64,000 bases of DNA from Alphaproteobacteria bacterium (GCA_965243135.1 OZ251539.1:5120001-5184000), one strand, 5' to 3'. Positions 29,503 through 40,913 are shown, counted from the stretch's first letter. Notes: generated by a model from the letters alone, not told the origin. Program-made: numbers and translations.

Positions 29503-29963
29503 CGCCTCGCGAACGCTTTGCAGAGAGCGACCAGAGCGAATAGCGTCAGGCCGCCCGCGCCGACCGCGTGCAACCACCATGTCTTCATAGCCAGGAACAT
29601 CGATTCATCGCCGGTTTCGAACTTGTCGATTCCGCCGATCGCGACGCGCCATACGACGATCGCGAGAATCAGAAACAGAATCAGGTTCTGGACCGAATCG
29701 AGCGCCGCCCGGGCGCGCGGCGGCATCCGCGACGAGAAGAACTCGGCGACCAGATGGCCGTCGGAAGCGTGGGCGAACGCGAAGAAGAAAAAGGCGGCGA
29801 CGGAAATGCCGTATTCGACAATCTCGTAATCCCCCGTGATCGGAGCGCCGAACGCGTAGCGCCCGGCGACGCTTGCGACCGTGACGGCGGAGACCGCGAC
29901 GACCGCGAATCCGCCGATCAGCGCAACCCGCCGGGTGAACCGGTAAAGGCGTTCGACGTTCAT
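29499..29963 (-). CDS. TRAP transporter small permease (DctQ)
   Basis: 4 TM segments, PITGDYEIVE; operon position. Confidence 0.88.
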   Translation of the reverse strand: MNVERLYRFTRRVALIGGFAVVAVSAVTVASVAGRYAFGAPITGDYEIVEYGISVAAFFFFAFAHASDGHLVAEFFSSRMPPRARAALDSVQNLILFLILAIVVWRVAIGGIDKFETGDESMFLAMKTWWLHAVGAGGLTLFALVALCKAFARR

Positions 29964-29999
29964 GTTCGAGAGGCGGCGGCCCGTGCCGCCGCCGCGCGT

Positions 30000-31031
30000 C
30001 TATTTGCCGAAGGCGGCTATCGCGGCTCGCATGTCGGCCAGGAGAGCCTCGCCGTCGATTCCCTTCTTCTTCATGTCGGCGATCCAACCTTCGATCACGC
30101 CTCTCGACGCCCGTTCCCAGCGCTGTTTTTCGTTCGCGGAAAACGCGTACATGGGCTTGCCGGACTTCTTCGCCACCGCGATGGCCGGCATGTCGTCATT
30201 GTGCCAACGCTCGCCGAACTCCCGCGCCAGCGCCATGCCGGAATTGCCGTCGACGACCTTCTGGAGGTCCGCCGGCAGTTTTTCGTAGCTCTTCCGGTTC
30301 ATGACCACCATAAGCACGCCCGAACTCAATCCCGGGAGCGCATAATGACTGGCCACGCGCACGATCTTGGTGGGCAGGGAAATAGTCCAGGCCGTGTAGA
30401 CCGCGTCGATCACGTTGCGCTGGAACGCTTCCGCCATCTTGATCCCGGGAATGCCCACCGGCGTCGCGCCGATCGCCTTGAACGCCTGACCGAGCGTGCG
30501 GCCGGAGACTCGGACCTTGAGACCCTTCAGGTCGTCCAACTTGGCGATGGGTTTGTGGGAAAACAGGGCGAACGGACCCGGCGCATGCAACACGATCGGA
30601 TGCGCGTCGGGAAAGTCCTTCGAAAACCACTTGTCGTAGAGGGACCAGATCGCCGGAGCCACGACGCGGGGCGAATGGCCGGAAACGAACGGCAACTCGA
30701 CCACCTCCAGCCGGGGAAACCGGCCGGGAGTGTATCCGGGCAGGGAATAGATGATGTCGACGAATCCCTTCCGCGCCTGGTCGTAGAGTTCGGACGGCTT
30801 GCCCCCAAGCTGGCGGGACGGGAACAGCTTGATCCTGATCCGGTCGCCCGAGTCCGCGCGAACCTTCTGGGCCCACCATTCGAGATTCTTGAACGAGCGC
30901 GCCACCGCCGGAACGAAAGTGTGCAGCCGCATCGAGACCTCCTGGGAATGCGCCGGAGGCGCTGCCGCGAGCATCAACGCAGCCGCTGCGGCCGCGGAAG
31001 CCGCGCCGAACGCGAGAAAAGCCGGTTTCAT
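30000..31031 (-). CDS. TRAP substrate-binding protein (DctP)
   Basis: Signal peptide, FPSRQLGGKP, GYTPGRFP..ELPF, DLKGLKVR. Confidence 0.92.
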   Translation of the reverse strand: MKPAFLAFGAASAAAAAALMLAAAPPAHSQEVSMRLHTFVPAVARSFKNLEWWAQKVRADSGDRIRIKLFPSRQLGGKPSELYDQARKGFVDIIYSLPGYTPGRFPRLEVVELPFVSGHSPRVVAPAIWSLYDKWFSKDFPDAHPIVLHAPGPFALFSHKPIAKLDDLKGLKVRVSGRTLGQAFKAIGATPVGIPGIKMAEAFQRNVIDAVYTAWTISLPTKIVRVASHYALPGLSSGVLMVVMNRKSYEKLPADLQKVVDGNSGMALAREFGERWHNDDMPAIAVAKKSGKPMYAFSANEKQRWERASRGVIEGWIADMKKKGIDGEALLADMRAAIAAFGK

Positions 31032-31199
31032 ATTGTCGTTCCTCCCGTTGCATGTCTTTGCGCTTTCCGGCGACGTGCCCGCGTCCCGGACGACAAGTGT
31101 AGCGCATTCGGCAAGACTGGTTCAAAACGCTCCGGCGCTTGTTGCTTCCCGGCGGCGGTACATGCGATGCTTCGCGATCCATAGCGGAGGCAGGCGCTG

Positions 31200-32138
31200 A
31201 TGAGCGATACGACGGACGCTTCGGAGGTGACGGTCGAACAGCTGGGCCCGTCATGCGGCGCGGAGATCCACGGGCTCGACGCGACCCGGCCCCTTGGCGC
31301 GACGATGGTGCGAACCATCCGCGACGCGCTGATGACCCACGGCATCCTCATATTCCGGGATCAGGACATCAGCCGCGAACAGCAGGCCGCGTTCGCGGCG
31401 CATTTCGGGACGCTGACCGTGCATCCCTTCTCGCCTCATCTCGACGAAATGCCGGAGATGATCGTCCTCGACAACGACGGCGGCAATCCGCCGCTGTCGA
31501 CCGATTGCTGGCACAGCGACGAGACCTTTCGACTCGAACCGCCCATGGGAACCGTCCTGCGCGCCGTCATCGTGCCGCGGGTCGGCGGCGACACCCTGTT
31601 CTCGAGCATGACCGCGGCTTACGAGGGGTTGAGCGACCGCATGCAACGGTTCGTCTCGGGGCTGGAAGCCGTCCACGACTTCAGGAATTTCCGGAAGCTC
31701 TTCGGCAGGAGCGCCGAGCACCGGAAGCGCCTCTGGGAAATGGAGGACGCGTTCCCCAATCCCGTGCATCCCGTGGTCCGCGTCCATCCGGAGACCGGAA
31801 AGAGGGCGCTTTTCGTCAACCCGCAATTCACCGTCGCGATCAAGGGCATGAAGGAAGACGAGAGCGACGCCCTCCTGGAACTTCTTTACCGTCAGGCTTG
31901 CGTCCCGGAATACCAGTTCCGCGTCGATTGGCGAGTCAACCTGATGGCGTTCTGGAACAATCCCATGGTCCAGCACTACGCCGCCCGGGACTATCTTCCC
32001 GACCGCCGCCGCGTCGAACGGGTAACGCTGCTGGGAGACAAGCCCTTCGGAGACGCGGGACCTTCCTACATCCCGGGCGAGGAGCGGCCTCGGGAGGAAG
32101 CGTATCGCGCCGGCGGCGCGAGAAGCGGGCCGGCCTGA
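31200..32138 (+). CDS. TauD/TfdA family Fe(II)/2-oxoglutarate dioxygenase
   Basis: GAEI.GLD, WHSDET (HxD), GGDTLF, HPVVRVHPETG, W.N..VQHYA. Confidence 0.92.
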   Translation: MSDTTDASEVTVEQLGPSCGAEIHGLDATRPLGATMVRTIRDALMTHGILIFRDQDISREQQAAFAAHFGTLTVHPFSPHLDEMPEMIVLDNDGGNPPLSTDCWHSDETFRLEPPMGTVLRAVIVPRVGGDTLFSSMTAAYEGLSDRMQRFVSGLEAVHDFRNFRKLFGRSAEHRKRLWEMEDAFPNPVHPVVRVHPETGKRALFVNPQFTVAIKGMKEDESDALLELLYRQACVPEYQFRVDWRVNLMAFWNNPMVQHYAARDYLPDRRRVERVTLLGDKPFGDAGPSYIPGEERPREEAYRAGGARSGPA

Positions 32139-32183
32139 CGGGCCGACGGCGTTTCCGAACCCAGGCCGGCGGCGGAGCGCCGC

Positions 32184-32224
32184 GCCGCCGGGACTGTCGA
32201 GCCGCCGGGACTGTCGAGCCGCCG
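32184..32224. repeat. 17-bp tandem duplication
   Basis: gccgccgggactgtcga x2 plus a partial third unit. Confidence 0.85.
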
Positions 32225-32331
32225 TTCCGCCGCGACGATCTTCGACAAGGCGCGCGGCCCGGAGGGCGGCAGCCCTCGCCCCGGCCCGCCGGTCCGCGTC
32301 GCCTTCGCGACCTTCGAAGGCGCGTTGCAGG

Positions 32332-33234
32332 TTATCTGCGCCACTCGTATCGGGCGTCTCTCCCTTCGTAGTCCTCCCTCGAAAAACGCACTTGCCCCAA
32401 CGCTTTCTCCAACCCCGCTTCCGGAATCGGGTCGTCGCCGTATACGCGGCGTATCGATCCGCTTTCCGGTTCGTGCCAGTAAAAGCGGCCCCTGGGGTCG
32501 ATCATGATATAGGAGTCGGTCATCGCCTCGTTGTTCTCGGGAACGATCTCCACCCCCGCGCCGGTCAGGAGGCGCCGGTGCCGGTAGACGAACCCCTCGA
32601 ACTCCTCCTCGGATATCTCGAGGCCGTCGACGGTCCCGTCGTTCTCGCCCCTCACCGGCAACACCTGAAGCACTTTCCAGCGCTCGGGAGCCAGCCGCCG
32701 AATAGTGTCGCTCATGTCTTCGTCGACATTGCAGCGACTGACGACCGTATTGCATTTGAGCCGGATACCGTAGCGTCGGCACATGTCTCCGCACTTCAGC
32801 ATACGTTCTACGTAGGCCTCGGCGTTCCGCTCCGAGGTTCGCCCGATATCGACGTTCGTTCGGGGATCGGCGGAATCCATGGAAACCGCCGCCCAGTCGA
32901 TCGACGGCCCTGCGTCTTCGATCAACTCAGGAAGGCGAAAGCCGTTGGACACGATGGAGACGGCGCAACGGCCTGCGCTGCGGTCCTTGATGCGCCGGAA
33001 GAGATCGCCCAAGTTCGGCACGAGGGTGGGTTCGCCGCCCGCGAAGTTGATTTTCCCTACCCCGGCGTCGACCAACAGATCGATCAAACGCTTTCGATGG
33101 GCGTCCGCCAGGGTGTTCGCCTTGTTCACGTCCGCAAACCCTGCGAAGCAGTACCTGCAGCGGGCGTTGCACTCCTTGATCAGGTGAAAGTTGACGGACA
33201 GGCCTTTCAGGTTGTGGATGGTCATGCGTTCCAT
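32332..33234 (-). CDS. Prokaryotic viperin (pVip), antiviral radical SAM enzyme
   Basis: SVNFH...CNARCRYCF, KINFAGGEP, SIVSNG, SMDS......IGR, K.NTVV...N..EDM, PERWKVLQVL..GEN, ENNEAMTDSYIMIDP.GRF match the viperin/RSAD2 motif series. Confidence 0.92.
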   Translation of the reverse strand: MERMTIHNLKGLSVNFHLIKECNARCRYCFAGFADVNKANTLADAHRKRLIDLLVDAGVGKINFAGGEPTLVPNLGDLFRRIKDRSAGRCAVSIVSNGFRLPELIEDAGPSIDWAAVSMDSADPRTNVDIGRTSERNAEAYVERMLKCGDMCRRYGIRLKCNTVVSRCNVDEDMSDTIRRLAPERWKVLQVLPVRGENDGTVDGLEISEEEFEGFVYRHRRLLTGAGVEIVPENNEAMTDSYIMIDPRGRFYWHEPESGSIRRVYGDDPIPEAGLEKALGQVRFSREDYEGRDARYEWRR

Positions 33235-33276
33235 AGCTTGTTACTCCCGGTTTCGATGTGGCACAATGCGCAGAAT

Positions 33277-33304
33277 GACATTTGTTGATCGGGCAACAAA
33301 TGTC
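33277..33304. promoter_or_regulatory. Perfect 11-bp inverted repeat (operator or 5' hairpin)
   Basis: GACATTTGTTG-atcggg-CAACAAATGTC in the AT-rich pVip/XRE intergenic region. Confidence 0.7.
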
Positions 33305-33313
33305 TAGAGAGGA

Positions 33314-33342
33314 AATGTGCATCATATGCATATTCTTGTCAA
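33314..33342 (-). promoter_or_regulatory. Putative sigma70 promoter of pVip with an overlapping palindrome
   Basis: On the - strand TTGACA-17 nt-CACATT; imperfect palindrome ATGTGCAT-cat-ATGCATAT covers the spacer and -10. Confidence 0.55.
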
Positions 33343-33354
33343 GGGGCAATTTGC

Positions 33355-33750
33355 ATGAAAAGCGAGACCACGTATCAGGCGGTGTTGGGACGCTTGATCG
33401 CCCAAAAACGTCAACAAAAACATATAGATCAGGGCGAGATGGCTGAAGCCGTGGGGGTCAGCCGCTCCACGTGGTCTCGAATCGAGTCGGGCGAGTCCGC
33501 GTTGAATATGGACCAACTCACCAAGGCCGCCGGCAAGCTGGAGATAGGCGTGGGGGCGTTGATGGTCGAGGCGGACGAGATCGCCGACGAGCTCCGCAAG
33601 CAGAACGTGCAGGTTCTCGAAAGCCGCGATCAAACCAGCGCCGCCAGGTTCGGAAAAACGGCCGCGGCGACCGTGGCGTTTCTCGGCGGCGCGGTTCTCG
33701 GCGGAATCATCGCCGCTATCCTGTCCGACAAAGACCCCGACGCCACCTGA
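33355..33750 (+). CDS. XRE-family HTH regulator with a hydrophobic C-terminal helix
   Basis: R..KHIDQGEMAEAVGVSRSTWSRIESG HTH; C-terminal AAATVAFLGGAVLGGIIAAIL. Confidence 0.88.
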   Translation: MKSETTYQAVLGRLIAQKRQQKHIDQGEMAEAVGVSRSTWSRIESGESALNMDQLTKAAGKLEIGVGALMVEADEIADELRKQNVQVLESRDQTSAARFGKTAAATVAFLGGAVLGGIIAAILSDKDPDAT

Positions 33751-33863
33751 CGCTCGCTTGCGCGGCGGCGCAAGCCCGGAAATCTCGCCGCGCCGCCATG
33801 CGCCGCGGCGAGCGAGAACGTTCGACTTGGACGGCTATCGCCCCTTCCCGTCGCCTCCGGACG

Positions 33864-35231
33864 CTACGACGCCAGCAAGCGGCGCATCGCCGCGCGGTAG
33901 CCGGCGGCGATCTCCCGTTCCCGAGCGTGCGCGCCGTCGCGCACGACATGCGCGCCGCCGACGATCGCGTCCCGCACGACCGGCCGGTTGCCGGAAAAAA
34001 TCCAGCTGTCGAGAAACGCGTCCGCGTCCCGCCCGGCGAACGGCGGCGCCTCGGCATCGAGAACGACGATATCCGCCCGCCCGCCTTCCTGCAGCATGCC
34101 TTCGCCGCGCCCCAGCGCCCGCAGGCCGCCGCGAACGGCGTCTTCGAACAACGCGACCCCGGTCGAGCGGCGCGCGTCGCCCGCCACGTTGCGGCGCCGG
34201 TCGCGCAGACGCTGGCCGTACTCCAGCCACCTCAGCTCCTCCACCGGATCGACCGAGACGTTGCTGTCCGAACCGACCGCGATCCGCCCGCCGGCCGTTT
34301 TCCACGAGGGAAGATCGAAGAGTCCGTCCCCGAGATTGGCCTCGGTGGTGGGACAAAGCCCGGCCGTCGCGCCGGTCCCGGCCGCCGCCCGGACTTCGTC
34401 CGGAGTCGTGTGGGTCGCGTGCACGAGGCACCACCGTTCGTCGACCGGAATTTTCTCCAGCAACCACTGGACCGGTCGAAGGCCGGACCACGCCTCGCAA
34501 TCGACGACTTCCTTCTCCTGTTCGGCGATATGAATATGGATCGGCGCGGCGGAACCGGCGGCTTTCGCGACGGCCCGCAGCGACTCTTCGCCGACGGCCC
34601 GCAGGCTGTGCGGAGCCATTCCCGCCGCGAGGCCGGAGTCGTCCGCGCACGACGCGGCCACCGACTCGCATATGCGCATGAAGCGGTCGACGTCGTTGAC
34701 GAAGCGCCGCTGGCCGGCTTGCGGCGGCGCGCCCCCGAAGCCGCCGTTCTGATACAGGACAGGAAGCAGGGTGGCGGCGATTCCCGCCTTCCGGGCGGCG
34801 GCGGCGGCGCGCAGGGTCATCTCCCCGGGATCGGCGAACGGCGCGCCGTCGCGATCGTGATGCAGATACTGGAATTCGCCGACGGACGTGTATCCGGACT
34901 TGAGCATCTCGACGTAAACCTGCGCCGCGATCGCCTCGAAGTCGTCGGGCGATATCGCGGCGACGAACCGGTACATCGTCTCGCGCCACGTCCAGAAACT
35001 GTCCTCGCCCGCCTCGGCGGGGCGTTCGGCGAGACCCGCCATGGCCCGTTGGAAGGCGTGCGAGTGAACGTTCGGCACGCCCGGGATCGCGATCCCGGAT
35101 ATCCTCCGGCAGCCGCCCTCCGGGACGTCGCCGGACGCCCGGACGATCCGCCCCGCCTCGTCCGCCGAAACGTAGCCGGGCGACAGCCACCGCCCGGCGG
35201 CGAGCAGATGATCGAAACGGTACGAGATCAA
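33864..35231 (-). CDS. hutF: Formimidoylglutamate deiminase
   Basis: [47 protein letters not shown]; TTGA overlap with hutG. Confidence 0.93.
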   Translation of the reverse strand: MISYRFDHLLAAGRWLSPGYVSADEAGRIVRASGDVPEGGCRRISGIAIPGVPNVHSHAFQRAMAGLAERPAEAGEDSFWTWRETMYRFVAAISPDDFEAIAAQVYVEMLKSGYTSVGEFQYLHHDRDGAPFADPGEMTLRAAAAARKAGIAATLLPVLYQNGGFGGAPPQAGQRRFVNDVDRFMRICESVAASCADDSGLAAGMAPHSLRAVGEESLRAVAKAAGSAAPIHIHIAEQEKEVVDCEAWSGLRPVQWLLEKIPVDERWCLVHATHTTPDEVRAAAGTGATAGLCPTTEANLGDGLFDLPSWKTAGGRIAVGSDSNVSVDPVEELRWLEYGQRLRDRRRNVAGDARRSTGVALFEDAVRGGLRALGRGEGMLQEGGRADIVVLDAEAPPFAGRDADAFLDSWIFSGNRPVVRDAIVGGAHVVRDGAHAREREIAAGYRAAMRRLLAS

Positions 35232-36061
35232 ACCGCCCGCGCCCTCCCCGCGCCGGAAATCCAGTCGAGGCCGGCTTCGAGCAGATCTTCGAGAACCGTG
35301 CGCAGGCGCGCGGCGCGGTCGGGGAGCAGGCGGTACGGCGCCTCCTCCTCCATGTAGGCGGACTGCGCCATCTCCAGCTGAACCGCGTGGACTCCGTCGG
35401 CCGGCGCTCCGTAATGCCGCGTGATGTAACCGCCCTTGAATCGTCCGTCGAGAACCGCGCCGTAGCCCTCCGCCCCGTCGAGAACCCCGAACATGCGTTC
35501 GGTCAGCGCGGCGTCGGCGCTCGCGCCGCCGGCGGTGCCGAAATTGAACTCCGGCAACCGGCCTTCGAAGAAACGCGGCAGAACCGAGCGGATCGAATGG
35601 GCGTCGAACAGCAGCGCGGAGCCGAAACGGTCGCGCCTGTCGGCGACGATGCGCGCCAGCTCCGCGTGGTAGGGCCGCCAGTATCGCCGGATCCGCGACC
35701 GGGTTTCGGCGTCGTCCGGCTCCGCCCCCGGGCGATATACCGGCTCGCGCAGAAACGTCGTCGTCGGACAGACGCCGGTGTTGTCCGCGCCGGGATAGAG
35801 CGGCCGGCCGTCGGGCGGACGATTGAGGTCGACGACGTATCTGGAATAGCGGGCGGAAACGAGCGTGGCGCCGAGGTCCGCCGCGAAACCCCAGAGATCC
35901 CGCATGTGCCAGTCCGTATCGGGAAGGGCGAGCGCCTCCGCCGTCATTCTCGCGCCGATCTCCGCCGGTATTTCCCGGCCGTCGTGCGGCACGTTGACGA
36001 CGAGCGGCGCCGCGCCTTCGAGAACGTCGATAACGGGAACGCCGCGCCCCTCGTCGTTCAC
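35228..36061 (-). CDS. hutG: N-formylglutamate deformylase
   Basis: [44 protein letters not shown]. Confidence 0.93.
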   Translation of the reverse strand: MNDEGRGVPVIDVLEGAAPLVVNVPHDGREIPAEIGARMTAEALALPDTDWHMRDLWGFAADLGATLVSARYSRYVVDLNRPPDGRPLYPGADNTGVCPTTTFLREPVYRPGAEPDDAETRSRIRRYWRPYHAELARIVADRRDRFGSALLFDAHSIRSVLPRFFEGRLPEFNFGTAGGASADAALTERMFGVLDGAEGYGAVLDGRFKGGYITRHYGAPADGVHAVQLEMAQSAYMEEEAPYRLLPDRAARLRTVLEDLLEAGLDWISGAGRARAV

Positions 36062-36146
36062 TTCGCCCGCGCTCCGTCCGCAATGCGTATACGCGTCTAT
36101 AATACCGGCGCGCGCCGCCGCGGCGCAATGCGAAAGGGTTCAGCGG

Positions 36147-37373
36147 ATGCCGGACTGGGACAAGCTGTGGATCAACGTCGACCTCGCCACCATGATCGAG
36201 GGCGGCGCGCCCTACGGAGCGATAGAGCGGGGCGCGATCGCGACCCGGAGGAACCGAATCGCATGGGTCGGTCCCATGGACGAACTGCAGGGAGACGCCG
36301 GCGAGACCGTCGAGGCGGAAGGCTTCTGGGTCACGCCGGGCCTGATCGACTGCCACACCCACGCGGTCTTTGGCGGCGAACGGTCCGGCGAATTCGAGAA
36401 ACGCCTGCAAGGCGTCAGCTACGAGGAAATCGCCCGCGCCGGCGGCGGAATCCTGTCGACCATGAAAGCGACCCGGGATGCGAGCGAAGCCCAATTGGTG
36501 GAGGCGGCCCTTCCCCGCGTCGCAAGCCTTCTCCAGGAAGGCGTGACCACCATCGAGATCAAGTCGGGGTACGGACTCGAAACCGCGACCGAATTGAAGC
36601 AGTTGTCCGCCGCGCGGACGATCGGAGAATTCCTGCCCGTCGACGTTCTGACCACGTTTCTGGGCGCCCACGCGCTGCCCCCCGAATACGCCGGCCGGCA
36701 GGGCGACTACGTCGACCTGGTCGTCGAGGAAATGCTTCCCGCCGTCGCCAGGAGCGGCGACGCGGACGCGGTGGACGCCTTTTGCGAATCCATCGCCTTC
36801 ACGCCCGCCGAAACCGAGGCGGTTCTCAAGGCCGCCCGCGGACACGGCCTCCCGGTCAAGCTGCACGCCGAGCAACTGTCGGACCTCGGCGGCGCGGCCC
36901 TGGCGGCGAAATACGGCGCCCTCTCGGCGGACCACCTGGAGTACGTTTCGGAGGACGGCGCGCGCGCGATGGCCGCCGCCGGCACGGTCGCCGTCCTGCT
37001 GCCGGGCGCCTACTACACGCTTCGCGAAACGCGGACGCCGCCGGTCGACCTGTTCCGCAAGCACGGGGTGGACATCGCGATCGCCACCGATTTCAATCCG
37101 GGGTCGTCTCCCGTGCTGTCGCTGCTGCTGACGCTGAACATGAGCTGCATCCTGTTCCGGCTGACGCCGGAGGAAGCGCTGGCCGGCGTCACCCGCAACG
37201 CCGCGCGGGCGCTGGGACTCGGAAGCGACCGGGGAACCCTCGAAGTCGGCAAGCGGGCGGATTTCGTCCTCTGGGACATCGAACGGCCGGCCGAACTTTC
37301 GTACTGGGCCGGGTACAACCCGGCGCAGGAGATCGTCCGCAACGGCGACGTTGCGGCCGGACAAGCGGCATGA
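36147..37373 (+). CDS. hutI: Imidazolonepropionase
   Basis: [50 protein letters not shown]. Confidence 0.95.
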   Translation: MPDWDKLWINVDLATMIEGGAPYGAIERGAIATRRNRIAWVGPMDELQGDAGETVEAEGFWVTPGLIDCHTHAVFGGERSGEFEKRLQGVSYEEIARAGGGILSTMKATRDASEAQLVEAALPRVASLLQEGVTTIEIKSGYGLETATELKQLSAARTIGEFLPVDVLTTFLGAHALPPEYAGRQGDYVDLVVEEMLPAVARSGDADAVDAFCESIAFTPAETEAVLKAARGHGLPVKLHAEQLSDLGGAALAAKYGALSADHLEYVSEDGARAMAAAGTVAVLLPGAYYTLRETRTPPVDLFRKHGVDIAIATDFNPGSSPVLSLLLTLNMSCILFRLTPEEALAGVTRNAARALGLGSDRGTLEVGKRADFVLWDIERPAELSYWAGYNPAQEIVRNGDVAAGQAA

Positions 37374-39037
37374 ACGCCGCTCGCCGGAACGCCGCGGTCG
37401 TCCGCAGCCCCACCGGCAGCGAGCTGACCGCCAGAAGCTGGGCGACGGAAGCTCCGCTTCGCATGCTGATGAACAACCTCGATCCCGACGTCGCCGAACG
37501 GCCCGAAGAGTTGGTGGTCTACGGCGGCATCGGGCGCGCCGCCCGTAACTGGGAATGCTACGAGCGCATCGTCGCGGCGCTCGCCGCGCTCGAGGGCGAC
37601 GAGACGCTGCTGGTGCAGAGCGGGAAGCCCGTCGGCGTCTTCCGCACGCACGCGGACGCGCCGAGGGTGCTGATCGCGAACTCGAACATCGTGGCGAACT
37701 GGGCGACGCTCGAGCATTTCACCGAACTCGACCGGGCCGGGCTGATGATGTACGGCCAGATGACGGCGGGCTCCTGGATCTATATCGGCAGCCAGGGCAT
37801 CGTCCAGGGAACCTACGAGACCTTTTCCGAAGTCGGCCGCCGTCATTTCGGCGGGAGTCTCGCGGGAAAGTGGATCCTGACCGGCGGCCTCGGCGGCATG
37901 GGCGGCGCGCAGCCGCTGGCCGCGACCATGGCGGGCGCCAGCCTGATCGCCGTCGAATGCCAGCCCAGCCGCATCGAGTACCGCATGCGGACCGGATATC
38001 TCGACGTCGAGGCGAAAACCCTCGACGAAGCCCTGGAGATCGTCGGGCGCTCGCGCGGCCGCCCCGTATCGGTAGGCCTTCTCGGCAACGCCGCCGAAAC
38101 GTATCCGGAAATCGTTCGCCGGGGGATACGGCCCGACGTCGTCACCGACCAGACGGCGGCGCACGACCCGGTCAACGGCTACCTGCCGGCCGGCTGGACC
38201 GTCGAGGACTGGAGGGAGCGCCGCGAGCGCGATCCGGGGGAGGTCGAGAAGGCGGCCAAGCGGTCGATGGCGGCGCAGGTCGAAGCCATGCTGGCCTTTC
38301 ACCGCATGGGCATCCCCGTGCTGGATTACGGCAACAATCTGCGCCAGATGGCGAAGGACGCCGGCGTCGCCGACGCGTTCGCCTATCCCGGCTTCGTCAA
38401 CGCCTACGTCCGTCCGCTGTTTTGCCGCGGCAAGGGACCGTTCCGCTGGGCGGCGCTCTCCGGCGACCCGGAGGACATCTACCGCACGGACGAAAAGGTC
38501 AGGGAACTCATTCCGGACGACGCCGCGCTGCACAACTGGCTCGACATGGCGCGCGAGCGCATCAGCTTTCAGGGCCTGCCGGCCAGGATCTGCTGGCTCG
38601 GTCTCGGGCAGCGCCACCGCGTGGGCCTCGCCTTCAACGAACTGGTGCGAAGCGGCGAGATTTCGGCGCCCATCGTGATCGGCCGGGACCACATGGACTC
38701 GGGATCCGTGGCGAGTCCCAACCGCGAGACCGAGGGCATGATCGACGGATCCGACGCGGTCGCCGACTGGGCGCTTCTCAACGCCCTGCTGAACACGGCC
38801 AGCGGCGCGACCTGGGTGTCGATTCACCACGGCGGCGGCGTCGGCATCGGCTATTCCCAGCATGCCGGCATGGTCGTCGTCGCCGACGGCACCGACGAGG
38901 CCGCGCGGCGTCTCGAACGCGTGCTGTGGAACGATCCCGCCAGCGGCGTCATGCGCCACGCCGACGCGGGTTACGAAACCGCGCTGGAAACCGCGCGCGA
39001 GCACGGGCTGAAGCTGCCGGGAATTCTCGAACCGTAA
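37370..39037 (+). CDS. hutU: Urocanate hydratase
   Basis: [54 protein letters not shown]. Confidence 0.97.
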   Translation: MNAARRNAAVVRSPTGSELTARSWATEAPLRMLMNNLDPDVAERPEELVVYGGIGRAARNWECYERIVAALAALEGDETLLVQSGKPVGVFRTHADAPRVLIANSNIVANWATLEHFTELDRAGLMMYGQMTAGSWIYIGSQGIVQGTYETFSEVGRRHFGGSLAGKWILTGGLGGMGGAQPLAATMAGASLIAVECQPSRIEYRMRTGYLDVEAKTLDEALEIVGRSRGRPVSVGLLGNAAETYPEIVRRGIRPDVVTDQTAAHDPVNGYLPAGWTVEDWRERRERDPGEVEKAAKRSMAAQVEAMLAFHRMGIPVLDYGNNLRQMAKDAGVADAFAYPGFVNAYVRPLFCRGKGPFRWAALSGDPEDIYRTDEKVRELIPDDAALHNWLDMARERISFQGLPARICWLGLGQRHRVGLAFNELVRSGEISAPIVIGRDHMDSGSVASPNRETEGMIDGSDAVADWALLNALLNTASGATWVSIHHGGGVGIGYSQHAGMVVVADGTDEAARRLERVLWNDPASGVMRHADAGYETALETAREHGLKLPGILEP

Positions 39038-39059
39038 CGCCGGCGCGCCCGCGGAATCT

Positions 39060-40400
39060 TCAGTCGAGCATCGTGTTCGGCAGGACGAGAGCAAGCTGCG
39101 GAAATGCGACGAGGATCGCGAGGCATACGATCATCGCGCCCCAGAACGGCATGATTCCCGCGTAGATCTCGCGCATCGGGACGTCCCGCGCCACGCCCTT
39201 CACGACGAACACGTTCATGCCGACTGGAGGGCTGATCAGCGCCATCTCCAGAATGACGACCATGACGACGCCGAACCAGATCCTGAAATCGCTGGACTCG
39301 GACGGCAACCCGAGAAAGTCCGGTATCCGGGACCGCTCGACGATGGGAAGCACGATCGGCAGAACGAGCACCATCATCGCGAACCCGTCGAGGAACGTCC
39401 CGAGCGCGATGAAGGCGATCAGAACGATCGCCAGAAGAACGACGGGGCCGGGATCGAGGCCGGTCAGCGTCCGCGCGAGATCCTCCGGGATTTGGGTCAG
39501 GGCGAGAAAGGGCGAAAAGACCGCCGCCCCGATAATGATGAAGTAGATCATGACGGTCGTGCTCGCCGTGTTCAGCAGGACCGAACGGATCGTCGGCGGA
39601 GATAGTCCGCCGCGCAGCGCGGCGAAGAGGATCGCAAGCACCGCCCCGACGGCCGCCGCCTCGACCGGGGTGAAAGCGCCGCCGTAGATGCCTCCGATCG
39701 AAACCGCGACGATCAGGATGATGGACAGGCTGCGCGCCAGCGCCGTCCGCCGTTCGCGCCAGTCGTATCGGCGCGCGGCGGGGCCGATTCCGGGATCGAG
39801 CGCGACCCGGGCGAAGATCGTCAGGAGAAAGAGGCTGGCGAGAAGGACGCCGGGTATGACGCCGGCGAGGAACAGCCGGCCAATGGATTCCTCGGTCAGG
39901 ATGGCGTAGATCACGAAGCCCGTGGAGGGCGGGATGAGAATCCCGAGCGTGCCCCCCGCCGCCACGGCGCCGGCGGCGAGCTTCCGGTCGTATCCGAAGC
40001 GCGCCATTTCCGGCAGCGCCACGCGCCCGATCGTGAGCGCGGACGCCACCGAAGACCCGGACAGCGCCGCGAAGCCGGTGCACCCGAGAACCGTTCCATG
40101 GGCGAGTCCGCCCTTCATCCATCCGACCCAGGCGTTGGCGGCGTTGTACAGGTCGCGACTCATGCCGCATGCCGCCGCGACGTTCCCCATGAGGACGAAG
40201 AACGGTATCACCGTGAGCTCGTAGAATATGGCCGCGCTCCAGGTCTCGGTAACCAACGTCGCCAGCGCCGCCGGCACGCTGTTGAGGATCGCCAGGCCTC
40301 CGAGGCCGACGGCGATCATGGCCGCGGCGACGGGAACCCGCTGGCTCATCAGGAACAGGAGCAGCGCGAAGCCGAGCGCGCCGAGAACGGTCGGACTCAC
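39060..40400 (-). CDS. TRAP transporter large permease (DctM)
   Basis: IPFFVLMG, SGSSVAS, GTLGILIPPS, FTPVE, ISPPVGMN. Confidence 0.92.
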   Translation of the reverse strand: MSPTVLGALGFALLLFLMSQRVPVAAAMIAVGLGGLAILNSVPAALATLVTETWSAAIFYELTVIPFFVLMGNVAAACGMSRDLYNAANAWVGWMKGGLAHGTVLGCTGFAALSGSSVASALTIGRVALPEMARFGYDRKLAAGAVAAGGTLGILIPPSTGFVIYAILTEESIGRLFLAGVIPGVLLASLFLLTIFARVALDPGIGPAARRYDWRERRTALARSLSIILIVAVSIGGIYGGAFTPVEAAAVGAVLAILFAALRGGLSPPTIRSVLLNTASTTVMIYFIIIGAAVFSPFLALTQIPEDLARTLTGLDPGPVVLLAIVLIAFIALGTFLDGFAMMVLVLPIVLPIVERSRIPDFLGLPSESSDFRIWFGVVMVVILEMALISPPVGMNVFVVKGVARDVPMREIYAGIMPFWGAMIVCLAILVAFPQLALVLPNTMLD

Positions 40401-40903
40401 GGGTTCTCGTCGGCTCCCTTCGCGGCGAAGCCGATCGGCAATCCCGCGGCCACGCGCGCCGCCTCGACGCAAAGCACAAGGACATGAAAGGCGCAGGCGG
40501 CCGCGAGGATCCGGAAGAACGGCCCGAACGGCAGTTCGATCATGTTCGTCGCTTCGTTGAACAGCGCCGCGTCCTCCGCGCGGACCCATGCCCTGGCCGC
40601 CAACAGCGCGAAGATGGCCCCGCCGATCAATCGCACCGCCAGATCGCGGACGACGGTCAAGAAGCGGACGCCGTAATCGGGAACGAGGTCGACGACGATA
40701 TGGCCGCCCGTCCGCCATGCGAACGGGAAAGCGCAAGAGATCGCCACGACCATTCCCATCTGCAGGAGGTCGGTCGCGCCCAGGACAGGCGCGGCAAAGA
40801 CGTAGCGCAGGATGACGTCGACGAAGGTGAGCCCGATCAACGCCAGCAGGACGAGACCGGACAGGACGGCGAGCGCCGCGCACGCCCGGTCGAGGGCCTT
40901 CAC
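40397..40903 (-). CDS. TRAP transporter small permease (DctQ)
   Basis: DVILRY, GGHIVVD, 4 TM segments. Confidence 0.9.
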   Translation of the reverse strand: MKALDRACAALAVLSGLVLLALIGLTFVDVILRYVFAAPVLGATDLLQMGMVVAISCAFPFAWRTGGHIVVDLVPDYGVRFLTVVRDLAVRLIGGAIFALLAARAWVRAEDAALFNEATNMIELPFGPFFRILAAACAFHVLVLCVEAARVAAGLPIGFAAKGADENP

Positions 40904-40913
40904 GGCCCGCGGT

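Noticed and set aside
32184-32224. 17-bp duplication as a target-site duplication of the viperin cassette
   Set aside because: Both copies are on the same side of the cassette; no matching copy found at 33751-33863
32332-33234. MoaA or a RiPP-modifying radical SAM for the NHLP gene
   Set aside because: The motif set is viperin-specific; there is no SPASM/twitch Cys cluster or RRE domain, and it lies 5 kb away behind unrelated genes
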